From assembly GCF_020073745.1 (NCBI RefSeq), contig NZ_JAIRAU010000047.1, forward strand, positions 349,990 to 413,989: a DNA stretch of 64,000 bases. The letters run 5' to 3'. Made by a program: the position numbers and the translations under genes. This DNA is from Nannocystis pusilla (lineage in GTDB: Bacteria; Myxococcota_A; Polyangia; Nannocystales; Nannocystaceae). Of the stretch, positions 1 through 8,059 are shown piece after piece (position 1 is the stretch's first letter; each line of letters starts with the position of its first letter). Under the pieces are notes generated by a model. It saw only the letters and a program-made list of their open reading frames with translations, had not been told where the DNA came from and ran no database searches.

Positions 1-2
1 CC

Positions 3-293
3 GCTGCGAAAACGGACGATGATGCTCGCGCTGTCGAGCAGTTCCTGCGCCAATACCAGGGCCTCGCACACATCCGCGTCCGGCATCGCGCCCCTCTCAT
101 CACCCTCGAGTCCGGCCCCGCCGACGATCCGGTCCTGCACGCGCGCCTGCGCCGCCTCGCTGCCAACTTGTGGCAACTCGAGATGGCTACCCACACCGGG
201 CGCTGGGAACCAACCCCCTTCCGCGCCTCCCGCGACGAGCTGCTCGAGCTGCTCCTCGGTAACTTCGGCTGGACCCTCTCTGAGAGGGCCTAG
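3..293 (+). CDS. hypothetical protein, 3' fragment (gene begins upstream of window)
   Basis: Frame-3 reading from the window edge gives a protein-like C-terminus (…AVEQFLRQYQGLAHIRVRHRAPLITLESGPADDPVLHARLRRLAANLWQLEMATHTGRWEPTPF…GNFGWTLSERA) ending at TAG 291-293. Not in the ORF track because no in-window Met. Family not recognised. Confidence 0.35.
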   Translation, partial: AAKTDDDARAVEQFLRQYQGLAHIRVRHRAPLITLESGPADDPVLHARLRRLAANLWQLEMATHTGRWEPTPFRASRDELLELLLGNFGWTLSERA

Positions 294-335
294 CAACCCC
301 TGGAGAACTTCGGGCCGGGTGTACTAGGCTGAGGC

Positions 336-1688
336 GTGCCGTCTGCGTCCGCGCCCGCCATCGCCGTCGTCGGCGCGGGCTTCTGCGGCGTCGCCCTCGC
401 CTACCACCTCGCGCGCTCGCCCGTCCGCCCGCGCGTGACCGTGATCGACGCGCGCGGCGAGTTCGGTCCCGGCCTGGCCTATCGGACAGCCGACCCACGC
501 CACCTGCTCAACACCCCCGCGGGGCGGATGAGCGCCCTCCCCGACGACCCGGAGCACTTCGTCCGCTGGGCCCGCGCCGGCGACCCCGGCGTGAGCGGGG
601 GCAGCTTCCTGCCGCGCGGCCGATACGGCGATTACCTGCGCGCGCTGCTGGCCGCCGGCGGCGAGGCCATCACATGTCTCACGGGGCAGGTCGTCGACGC
701 CCGCCCCCCCGCGGTCGACCGACCCGCCGCGCTCGCCCTGGCCGACGGCACCCGCGTCACCGCCGACCACGTCGTCCTCGCCCTCGGCAACTTCGCGCCG
801 CGCCTGCCCGCGGGCCTCGGCGAGCCGGTGCGCGCCGAGCCGCGCTACGTCCACGACCCGTGGTCGGCCCCGGCCCTGGCGCCCGCGCCCGACGCGAGTG
901 TGCTGGTCTTCGGGACAGGTCTGTCCGCGCTCGACCTCGCGCTCGGCCTGGACGGCGCCGGCCACCGCGGCCCGATCCACCTGCTGTCGCGCCACGGCCT
1001 GCTGCCGCACGCCCACCGCGCCCCGGGGCGGCCGCCCGAGCCGCACCCGCCGGCGATCGAGCGCTGGCCGGCGACCGCGCGCGGGGCCCTGCACGCGCTG
1101 CGGGCCGCGGTGCGCGAGGAGGCGGCCCGCGGCGGCGACTGGCGCGACGTCGTCGCCGACCTGCGCCCGGTGACGCAGGCGATCTGGCGCCGCTGGCCCG
1201 CTGGCGAGCGCGAGCGCTTCGTCCGCCACCTGCGCGTGTACTGGGAGATCCACCGCCACCGCGCCGCCCCGGCCACCGCCGCCGCGATCGCCGCCCTGCG
1301 CGCGTCGGGCCGCCTGCAGGTCCACGCCGGCCGGCTCGAAGATCTGTCTCTCGGGACAGACTCGATCCTGGCGACGATCCGGCCGCGCGGCGGCGGACCC
1401 TGCCGCCACCTGCGCATCGACGCCATGCTCAACGCGACCGGTCCGGCGACCGATCCCCGCGCCGCCGGCGATCCCTTGCTCGACCGCCTGATGGCGCGCG
1501 GCCTGCTGGTGCCCGACCCGCTCGGCGCCGCGGTCGACGACGACGGCGCCCTGCTCGACGCCGAGGGTCGCGCCTCGACCTGGCTGCACGCCCTCGGCAG
1601 CCTGCGCCGGCCGCAGCTGTGGGAGACGACCGCCGTGCTCGAGCTGGCCCCGCAGTGCCAGGCCCTGGCCGGCCGCCTGCTGGCGTAG
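336..1688 (+). CDS. FAD/NAD(P)-binding oxidoreductase (YdhS-like NAD(P)-binding_9 family)
   Basis: 450-aa ORF with an N-terminal Rossmann dinucleotide-binding motif VVGAGFCG plus VIDARGEFGPG. GTG start at 336. No plausible competing ORF. Confidence 0.6.
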   Translation: MPSASAPAIAVVGAGFCGVALAYHLARSPVRPRVTVIDARGEFGPGLAYRTADPRHLLNTPAGRMSALPDDPEHFVRWARAGDPGVSGGSFLPRGRYGDYLRALLAAGGEAITCLTGQVVDARPPAVDRPAALALADGTRVTADHVVLALGNFAPRLPAGLGEPVRAEPRYVHDPWSAPALAPAPDASVLVFGTGLSALDLALGLDGAGHRGPIHLLSRHGLLPHAHRAPGRPPEPHPPAIERWPATARGALHALRAAVREEAARGGDWRDVVADLRPVTQAIWRRWPAGERERFVRHLRVYWEIHRHRAAPATAAAIAALRASGRLQVHAGRLEDLSLGTDSILATIRPRGGGPCRHLRIDAMLNATGPATDPRAAGDPLLDRLMARGLLVPDPLGAAVDDDGALLDAEGRASTWLHALGSLRRPQLWETTAVLELAPQCQALAGRLLA

Positions 1689-1729
1689 CACCGCGGGCCG
1701 GGAGCTTCGCAGGATCTCTCGATACAAAA

Positions 1730-1912
1730 GTGTCCCTTCAGACAGCTCAATCGACCTGTCTCTCGGGTCCGATAAACCTGTCTCTCCGGGCATCTGTCCC
1801 TTCGGGCAGCTCACTCGACATGTCCCTCGGGCCCGATGACATGTCTCTCCGCACACCTGTCCATTCGGACAGATTAATCGAACTTCCCCCGGGACACGTC
1901 TCTCCGCGCCGG
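1730..1912. repeat. tandem array (about 3 x 63 bp) of CTGTCYCT / ACATGTCYC palindromic sub-repeats between convergent genes
   Basis: Eight copies of NCNTGTCYCTY are spaced 16-26 bp apart. Each super-unit is ...TGTCCCTTCRGACAGCTCAMTCGACMTGTCYCTCGGGYCCGATRAMMTGTCTCTCCG.... Internal inverted repeats TGTC...GACA are present. Lies between the oxidoreductase stop (1688) and the rarA stop (1915). Confidence 0.7.
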
Positions 1913-1914
1913 CC

Positions 1915-3279
1915 TCACTCGCCCGGCTCGGGCTCCTCCGCCGCGGCCGTCCCGGCGCGCAGCTGCTGCAGGCGCGCCCACGCGGTCGCCTCCCACCCGC
2001 GCGGCCCCGGGTGGGCGTAGCGCTGGCCGCGGAGCGCCTCGGGCAGGTAGCTCTCGTTGCCCGGGACCACCCCGCCCGCGAAGTCGTGCGGGTACTTGTA
2101 GCCGACCCCGTACTGGGCCTCGCGCATCAGCGGCGTCACGGCGTTGCGGACCGCCAGCGGCACCTCGAGGCTCCCCGCGCGCAGCACGTCCTTGCGCGCG
2201 TTCGCGTAGGCCGTCAGCGCGGTGTTGCTCTTCGGCGCCAGGGCCAGGAACAGGGCGGCCTGCGTCAGCGGCAGCACGGCCTCGGGCATGCCGATCTGGT
2301 GGGCGGCCTGCGCGGCGGCCACGGCCACCTGCAGCGCCTGCGGTTCGGCGTTGCCGACGTCTTCGGCGGCGAAGATCACGATCCGCCGGGCCACGAAGTC
2401 GACGTCCTCGCCCGCCTCGAGCATGCGCGCCAGCCAGTACACCGCGGCGTCGGCGTCGCTGGCCCGCATGCTCTTGATGAAGGCCGAGACGACGTTGTAG
2501 TGCTCCTCGCCGGCCTTGTCGTAGCGCAGGGAACGGCCGCCGACGGCCTGCTGCGCGACCTCGCGGGTCAGCCGCGTCTCGCCCTCGGGCACCAGGTCGA
2601 CCGCCAGCTCGAGCGCCCCGAGCGCCCGCCGGGCGTCGCCCTGCGCGGTGTGGGCGATCGCCGCCAGCAGCCCGTCCTCGGCCTCGAGCTTGCGCGCGCC
2701 CAGGCCGCGCTCCTCGTCGGTGAGCGCGCGGCGCAGCAGCGCCACCAGGTCGCGGACCTCGATCGGCCGCAGCTGCAGCACCCGCACCCGGCTCAGCAGC
2801 GCCGCGTTGACCTCGAAGCTCGGGTTCTCCGTGGTCGCCCCGACCAGCGCGCACGCCCCCGCCTCGAGGTGCGGCAGGAGAATGTCCTGCTGCGCCTTGT
2901 TGAAGCGGTGGATCTCGTCGACGAACAGCAGCGTCCCGCGACCCTCGTGCGACCTCCGCCGGCGCGCGGCCTCGACCACCTCGCGCAGCTCGCGGGCCCC
3001 CGCCGAGGTGGCCGACAGCACGCAGAACGCGCTCTTGGTGTGCTCGGCCAACAGCCGCGCCAGCGTCGTCTTGCCCGTGCCCGGCGGCCCCCACAAGATC
3101 AGGCTCGGCACCCGCCCGGTGTCGGCGATCCGCCGCAGGATCTTCCCCGGCCCGAGCAGGTGCGTCTGCCCGACCACCTCGTCGAGGCGGCGCGGCCGCA
3201 TGCGCTCGGCCAGCGGCACCAGCGAGGGGTCGCGCTGCCAGGCGCGCTCGAAGAGGTCGTCGCTCGCGTGGGACTGCAC
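1915..3279 (-). CDS. rarA: replication-associated recombination protein A (AAA+ ATPase RarA/MgsA)
   Basis: Conserved PLAERMRP…VGQ.HLLG, Walker A LWGPPGTGKTT, Walker B LFVDEIHRFNKAQQD, and C-terminal MgsA helical domain (VARR…AEDVGNA). The ORF runs to 3516, but the N-terminal 70-80 residues are low-complexity. A GTG near 3279 (VQSHASDDLFERAW…) gives a canonical length, so the start is approximate. Confidence 0.85.
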   Translation of the reverse strand: MQSHASDDLFERAWQRDPSLVPLAERMRPRRLDEVVGQTHLLGPGKILRRIADTGRVPSLILWGPPGTGKTTLARLLAEHTKSAFCVLSATSAGARELREVVEAARRRRSHEGRGTLLFVDEIHRFNKAQQDILLPHLEAGACALVGATTENPSFEVNAALLSRVRVLQLRPIEVRDLVALLRRALTDEERGLGARKLEAEDGLLAAIAHTAQGDARRALGALELAVDLVPEGETRLTREVAQQAVGGRSLRYDKAGEEHYNVVSAFIKSMRASDADAAVYWLARMLEAGEDVDFVARRIVIFAAEDVGNAEPQALQVAVAAAQAAHQIGMPEAVLPLTQAALFLALAPKSNTALTAYANARKDVLRAGSLEVPLAVRNAVTPLMREAQYGVGYKYPHDFAGGVVPGNESYLPEALRGQRYAHPGPRGWEATAWARLQQLRAGTAAAEEPEPGE

Positions 3280-3301
3280 GGTGCGTGGTAGCCTACCAGG
3301 C

Positions 3302-3850
3302 GTGACGCGCCGCGCCGCTCCTTCTGCGCCCGCCAGCGACCGCCCGCGGCCGGGCTCGCTCGCCGCCTCGCGCCGCGGGCTGCTCCTCGCCGTCGCCGTC
3401 GCCGCCGCCGCCGGGCCGGCCTGCGACGAGAAGTTCCAGTCGTTCCTGCGCAACGCCTCCGACCGCCACGTCGAGCGCGAGAAGAAGAAGGAAGCCGACG
3501 CCGTCCGCCTGGCCACCGAGGAGGCCGTGATCTCGCCGCCGGTGCGCGCCGCGATCGCCCTCGTCCGCGCCAGCGACTACGACTTCGTGTCGGTCACTTC
3601 CGACGGCACGCGCAAGCGCTACAGCGGCTTCGACTTCGCCGGCATGCTCGAGACCAAGACGCGCTGGCTCGGCCGCGGCCTCGAAGGCCTGTCGACCTGG
3701 CTCGACCAGATCGGCGGCCGCACCTTCTTCGGCGGCCGCTCTTACCTCGTCCGCCTGCCCGACGGCCGCGAGCTCAACTTCCGCAGCTGGCTCGAGGCCG
3801 AGATCGCGGCCCTCCCGACCGCACTGCCCGCCACTGAACCACCGCCATGA
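3302..3850 (+). CDS. secreted hypothetical protein (signal peptide, possible lipoprotein)
   Basis: C-terminal part of ORF 2648-3850 (…AGPACDEKFQSFLRNASDRHVEREKKKEADAVRLATEEAV…) is protein-like. The upstream part is antisense to rarA. In-frame GTG near 3302 gives a hydrophobic leader LLLAVAVAAAAGPAC. The stop overlaps the next start (ATGA). Start is uncertain. Confidence 0.5.
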   Translation: MTRRAAPSAPASDRPRPGSLAASRRGLLLAVAVAAAAGPACDEKFQSFLRNASDRHVEREKKKEADAVRLATEEAVISPPVRAAIALVRASDYDFVSVTSDGTRKRYSGFDFAGMLETKTRWLGRGLEGLSTWLDQIGGRTFFGGRSYLVRLPDGRELNFRSWLEAEIAALPTALPATEPPP

Positions 3851-4242
3851 CCGCAAAGACAGGAATCATCCTCGCCGGCCTGCTCGGCTTCCTCGGCGTC
3901 GCCGCCGGAGCGTTCGGCGCCCACGGCCTGCGCGACCGCGTCAGCCCCCGCGACCTCGAGATCTGGCACACGGGCGCGCACTACCAGCAACTGCACGCCG
4001 TCGTCCTCCTGGCCGTCGCGCTGTGGGCCCTGTCGCTGCAGGCCCGCGGCGAGGCGACCGGCCTCCACGGCGTGGCGATGTCGCTGTTCGTCGCCGGCAT
4101 CGCGGTGTTCTCCGGCACGCTCTACGCGATCACGCTCGGCGGCCCGCGGGTGCTCGGCGCGGTCACGCCGCTGGGCGGGCTGTGCCTGCTCGCGGGCTGG
4201 CTGACGATCATCGTGCTCGGGCTGCGCCAGGTCGCTCCCTGA
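3847..4242 (+). CDS. DUF423 family membrane protein
   Basis: 131 aa with four TM helices and the DUF423 signature (GAFGAHGL…W.TGA.YQ..HA). ATG overlaps the upstream stop. Confidence 0.8.
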   Translation: MTAKTGIILAGLLGFLGVAAGAFGAHGLRDRVSPRDLEIWHTGAHYQQLHAVVLLAVALWALSLQARGEATGLHGVAMSLFVAGIAVFSGTLYAITLGGPRVLGAVTPLGGLCLLAGWLTIIVLGLRQVAP

Positions 4243-4284
4243 GGGCCGCGAGGTCCTCTGTGCGATCGAAGGCGCGCGAAGTCT

Positions 4285-4380
4285 GGCGTTCGAGGGCGCG
4301 GGACCCGGAAGACCTGGGTGACGGCGGGCGAGCTCTCGCGTTCGCAGGCGCGGGGCCCGGAAGACCTGGGTGACGGCGGA
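4285..4380. repeat. tandem direct repeat (2 x ~50 bp) in convergent intergenic region
   Basis: CGTTCGAGGGCGCGGGACCCGGAAGACCTGGGTGACGGCGG is followed by CGTTCGCAGGCGCGGGGCCCGGAAGACCTGGGTGACGGCGG. Confidence 0.6.
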
Positions 4381-4635
4381 CACGGAGCGGCGGAACGGGT
4401 CCCTCGCGGACGGCGGGCCCCTCCCAGTTCACGTGCTCGGCGCCCTTGCCTGCGAACGGCGTCCGGCTGAGCTCGACGACTGTCGCGTGCACCACGGACG
4501 ATGGCGCCTGCGCGCGGTGAACTGCGGCTCCGTCCCGCCTGCGTCCCATTCCGCCGCTCCGTGCCCGCCTGCGACGAGCGTCGCCGGCCCCGCTCGTCGC
4601 CGCGCGGGGAATCAATCCACCTGCGGCGAGCGGCA

Positions 4636-4700
4636 GGCATCGGATGTCTCTCTGGACATATTTTTCGGGACATGCCCGGAGAGACACGAGTCGCGGCGAG
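4636..4700. repeat. palindromic repeat element of the TGTCTC/GGACATG family
   Basis: TGTCTCTC-TGGACATATTTTTCGGGACATGCCCG-GAGAGACA forms a nested hairpin. It is followed by GGCTCAATCGACC, the same string found in the 1730-1912 array. Sits just 3' of the lipoprotein gene end (4704). Confidence 0.5.
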
Positions 4701-4703
4701 GGC

Positions 4704-5732
4704 TCAATCGACCCCGCAGTAGCGCAGCGCGCAGCTCGGTGGGGTCGGCAGACGGTACATGACGAACGGCCCGCAGTTCTGCACGGCGATCGGGGCCTTG
4801 AAGTGACAGGTCTCGCCTTCCCAGTGGAAGCAGACCTCGCGGGCGACCACCCCGTCGGCCTCCGAGGGCTCCTGTCCGTTGAGCCAGCCGGGCGCGTGGG
4901 TCCCGCACGAGAACATCGGCGGCGCGGTGGTCGGCATGCGCGAGCCCGCCGAGCCGACGAAGCGCGACCACTTGCCCTCCGGCGGCAGAGCGAGGTCGCA
5001 CTCGACCTCCTCGATCTGCGACGCCACGTTGCGGCCCGGCTGCGGCAGCGCCACCGCCTGACTGCACTCGCCGGGCAGGTCCTCGGTCAGGCAGGCGTTG
5101 CAGCCGTCGCCCGCGGTCTGGTTGCCGTCGTCGCACAGCTCGCCCTCGGCCGCCTGCAGCACGCTGTCGCCGCAGCGGGGCGCGAGCGCCGAGCAGCCGG
5201 GCGCGCAGCCCTCGTAGCTGTTGTCGTTGATCTTGTCGTCGCACACCTCGGCGCCGGCGCGCACGAACCCGTCGCCGCAGAACGCCTGCTTGCACGTCGA
5301 CGGGCAGTCGTCGGTGTCGCTCGAGTTGCCGTCGTCGCACTCCTCGCCGTCCTCGACCACCCCGTTGCCGCAGTCGCTCGGCGGCGAGGTCGTCACGGTG
5401 ATGGTCGTCACCGTGAAGGTCTCGGTCGGGAAGGTCGTGAAGGTCGGGTCCGTGAAAGTCGGGTCCGTGATGGTGACGGTCGGCTCGATCGTGTCGGTCG
5501 GCTCGATCGTCGTCGGTGGGTCGATCGTCGTCGACGGATCGATCGTCGTCGGCGGCAGCGTGTCGGTGACCGTCGTCGGCAGCGTGTCGGTGACCGTGTC
5601 GGTAAGCGTATCGGTGATGGAGGTGGAGAGCGTGTCCGTGGTGTCGATCTTGATCGCGAAGCAGCCCGCGGCGAGGTGCGCAAAAACAATCACCCACGTC
5701 TCCAACCGCCATCGTCTACAAGCGAGTAACAT
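4704..5732 (-). CDS. lipoprotein with Myxococcus cysteine-rich repeats
   Basis: Lipobox LAAGC after a hydrophobic leader. Thr/Asp-rich linker (TDTLTDTVTDTL…). Three repeats of the C..CGDG…EECDDGN…GDGC.aC type. Cys-rich C-terminal domain. Confidence 0.8.
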   Translation of the reverse strand: MLLACRRWRLETWVIVFAHLAAGCFAIKIDTTDTLSTSITDTLTDTVTDTLPTTVTDTLPPTTIDPSTTIDPPTTIEPTDTIEPTVTITDPTFTDPTFTTFPTETFTVTTITVTTSPPSDCGNGVVEDGEECDDGNSSDTDDCPSTCKQAFCGDGFVRAGAEVCDDKINDNSYEGCAPGCSALAPRCGDSVLQAAEGELCDDGNQTAGDGCNACLTEDLPGECSQAVALPQPGRNVASQIEEVECDLALPPEGKWSRFVGSAGSRMPTTAPPMFSCGTHAPGWLNGQEPSEADGVVAREVCFHWEGETCHFKAPIAVQNCGPFVMYRLPTPPSCALRYCGVD

Positions 5733-5752
5733 AGGCTTTCAAAGTTACTCGC
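5722..5752. promoter_or_regulatory. perfect 9-bp inverted repeat GCGAGTAAC-N13-GTTACTCGC spanning the lipoprotein start codon
   Basis: Locally AT-rich. One arm lies in the 5' leader and the other covers codons 2-4 (TTA CTC GCT) of the 4704-5732 gene. The loop contains GAAAGCCTATG, i.e. the putative SD and ATG. The site is in the divergent promoter region shared with the DUF1592 gene. Confidence 0.45.
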
Positions 5753-5896
5753 GCGCCCCGTACCCGTGCAAGGCCGACCCGTCGCTCAGGCGCGCCCGGG
5801 GTCTTCGTCACGCGATCGCGCGCGATCGGTGGCGACACCGCTGCGGCTTTTCGGAGTCAGTTGACAGCCGGCGGGCCGTGGCGCATCGAGGCCTGA

Positions 5897-8029
5897 ATGA
5901 CGAGGCACACGCACCGCCCATGGTTCGGGGTCGCGCTCGGGCTCGTGTGGTTGGCCGGCTGTCCGAGCAGTCCGACGGCCAACGACACCGACTCCGACGC
6001 GGTCACGACTGGTAACACGATGTCGTCGCCGACCGGCGTGCCCACCGAGGGCACCGGAGACACCGACGAGCCGACCGCCGGCGACCCGACCGAGGGCGAC
6101 GCGGTCGACCCCGGGCGTGTCACCGTCCACCGCCTCAACCGCACCGAGTACAACAACACGGTCAAGGACCTCCTCGGCACCGCGCAGCGGCCCGCCGACA
6201 GCTTCCCGGCCGACGACTTCGGGCTCGGGTTCGACAACATCTCCGACGTCCTCAGCACCTCGCCGCTGCAGGCCGAGCTCTATGAGCGGGCCGCCGAAGG
6301 TCTGATCCTCGAGGCGATGAAGATCCCGATCACCGACCCCGGCACCTGGCAGATCGAGGCCGAGGACGCGCTCGCCTCGGTCGGCGGCGCCACCAGCGGG
6401 GGCTGGAACCTCTACAGCAACGGCGAGGTGTACCAGACCATCGAGCTGCCCTACGACGGCCAGTACAAGTTCAGCGCCCGCGTCTGGGGCCAGCAGGCCG
6501 GCCCCGACCTGCCGCACATGAACCTCACCGTCGATCAGGCCCCGGTGGCGATGTTCGACGTCGAGGCGGTGCAGAACGGCGCCCAGGTCTACGAGATCAC
6601 GATCGACGCCACCGCCGGCGTGCACAAGTTCGCGGTCGAGTTCACCAACGACTACTACGACGAGCCGAACATGGCCGACCGCAACCTGATCGTCGACTGG
6701 TTCAAGGTCGAGGGTCCGATCGACCTGGTGCAGGGCGACAACCCGCTGCGCACGCGGATCATGATCTGCGACCCGGACACCGACGGCGAGGAGGTCTGTC
6801 TGCGCCAGATCTTGAGCGCCTTCACCGAGCGCGCGTGGCGACGCCCGGTCACCGGCGCCGAGCTCGACGCGCTGATGCAGTTCGTCGCCGACGCCAAGGC
6901 GGCGGGCGACACCTGGGAGGCCGGCCTCCGCGTCGCCCTGCAGGCCGTGATGGTCTCGCCGTACTTCGTCTACCGCGTCGAGCTCGACCCGGCGCCGACC
7001 GACCTGACGCCGCACCCGCTCACCGACTTCGAGCTGGCCTCGCGCCTGTCCTACTTCCTGTGGAGCAGCATGCCCGACGACGAGCTGTTCGCGGCGGCCA
7101 GGGCCGGCGCGCTGCAGGACCCCGTCGAGCTCGAGGCCCAGGCCCGGCGCATGCTCGCCGACGACCGCGCCCGCGCGCTGATCGACAACTTCGCCGGGCA
7201 GTGGTGGCTCATCCGCAACATCGCCGTCGCGTTCAAGGACGTCGCCATGTACCCGCAGTGGAACGACGCCATGCGCGAGTCGATGCGCACCGAGATGAAG
7301 CTGTTCGCCGAGACCTTCTTCTCCGCCGACCGCGACTTCCTCGACATGCTGACCGCCACCGACACCCACGTCGACGCCACCCTCGCCGCCCACTACGGCA
7401 TCGAGGGCCAGTTCGGGCCCGAGTTCGCCGAGGTCGACTTCGGCGAGCTGCCGTTCCAGGGCATCCTCAACAAGGCCGGCCTGATGACGGTGCTCTCGCA
7501 CGCCGACCACACCTCGCCGGTCAAGCGCGGCAAGTGGGTGCTCGAGAGCCTGCTGTGTCAATCGCCGCCGCCGCCGCCGCCGGGCGTCGACACCAAGCTG
7601 AACCCGATCGAGGGCAAGACGCAGCGCGAGATCCTCGAGGCCCACCGCGACAAGCCCGAGTGCATCGGCTGCCACGTCACCATGGACCCGCTCGGCTTCG
7701 CCCTCGAGCACTACGACCCGCTGGGCGCCTGGCGCGACCTCGACAACGGCCTCCCGATCGACGCCACCGGCACCCTGCCCAACGGCACGCCGTTCGCAGA
7801 CGGCCTCGAGATGCAGGCGTTGATCGCCGCCGAGCCCGACTTCCTGGCCTGCGTCGCCCGCAAGACCTTCATCTACGCCCTCGGGCGCGCCGTCGGGATC
7901 AAGGACACTCCGTACCTCGACGACATCACGACCGACTTCTCGGCCGAGGACCGTCGCTTCTCCGACCTCGTCGTCTCGCTCGTCACGAGCGACGTGTTCC
8001 GCATGCGCCGCGGCGACCCCGCGATGTGA
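5897..8029 (+). CDS. DUF1592/DUF1587/DUF1588-family protein (PSD1-like, haem-binding CxxCH), lipoprotein
   Basis: Lipobox LVWLAGC. HRLNRTEYNNTVKDLLG motif typical of DUF1587. CIGCHVTMDPLGFALEHYD (CxxCH) typical of DUF1588/1585. Canonical partner of the following DUF1552 gene. Confidence 0.75.
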   Translation: MTRHTHRPWFGVALGLVWLAGCPSSPTANDTDSDAVTTGNTMSSPTGVPTEGTGDTDEPTAGDPTEGDAVDPGRVTVHRLNRTEYNNTVKDLLGTAQRPADSFPADDFGLGFDNISDVLSTSPLQAELYERAAEGLILEAMKIPITDPGTWQIEAEDALASVGGATSGGWNLYSNGEVYQTIELPYDGQYKFSARVWGQQAGPDLPHMNLTVDQAPVAMFDVEAVQNGAQVYEITIDATAGVHKFAVEFTNDYYDEPNMADRNLIVDWFKVEGPIDLVQGDNPLRTRIMICDPDTDGEEVCLRQILSAFTERAWRRPVTGAELDALMQFVADAKAAGDTWEAGLRVALQAVMVSPYFVYRVELDPAPTDLTPHPLTDFELASRLSYFLWSSMPDDELFAAARAGALQDPVELEAQARRMLADDRARALIDNFAGQWWLIRNIAVAFKDVAMYPQWNDAMRESMRTEMKLFAETFFSADRDFLDMLTATDTHVDATLAAHYGIEGQFGPEFAEVDFGELPFQGILNKAGLMTVLSHADHTSPVKRGKWVLESLLCQSPPPPPPGVDTKLNPIEGKTQREILEAHRDKPECIGCHVTMDPLGFALEHYDPLGAWRDLDNGLPIDATGTLPNGTPFADGLEMQALIAAEPDFLACVARKTFIYALGRAVGIKDTPYLDDITTDFSAEDRRFSDLVVSLVTSDVFRMRRGDPAM

Positions 8030-8059
8030 CCACCACCCCAACTTCCCGGAGACATCACG

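Noticed and set aside
324-1856. 510-aa minus-strand ORF rich in Arg/Gly/Ala/Val
   Set aside because: It is antisense to the FAD oxidoreductase gene and has no recognisable motifs. It is typical of open reverse frames in 70% GC DNA. The same applies to the many similar ORFs in the track.
5786-8041. 751-aa minus-strand ORF covering the DUF1592 locus
   Set aside because: Low-complexity Gly/Val/Asp/Arg composition. The opposite strand encodes a protein with clear conserved motifs.
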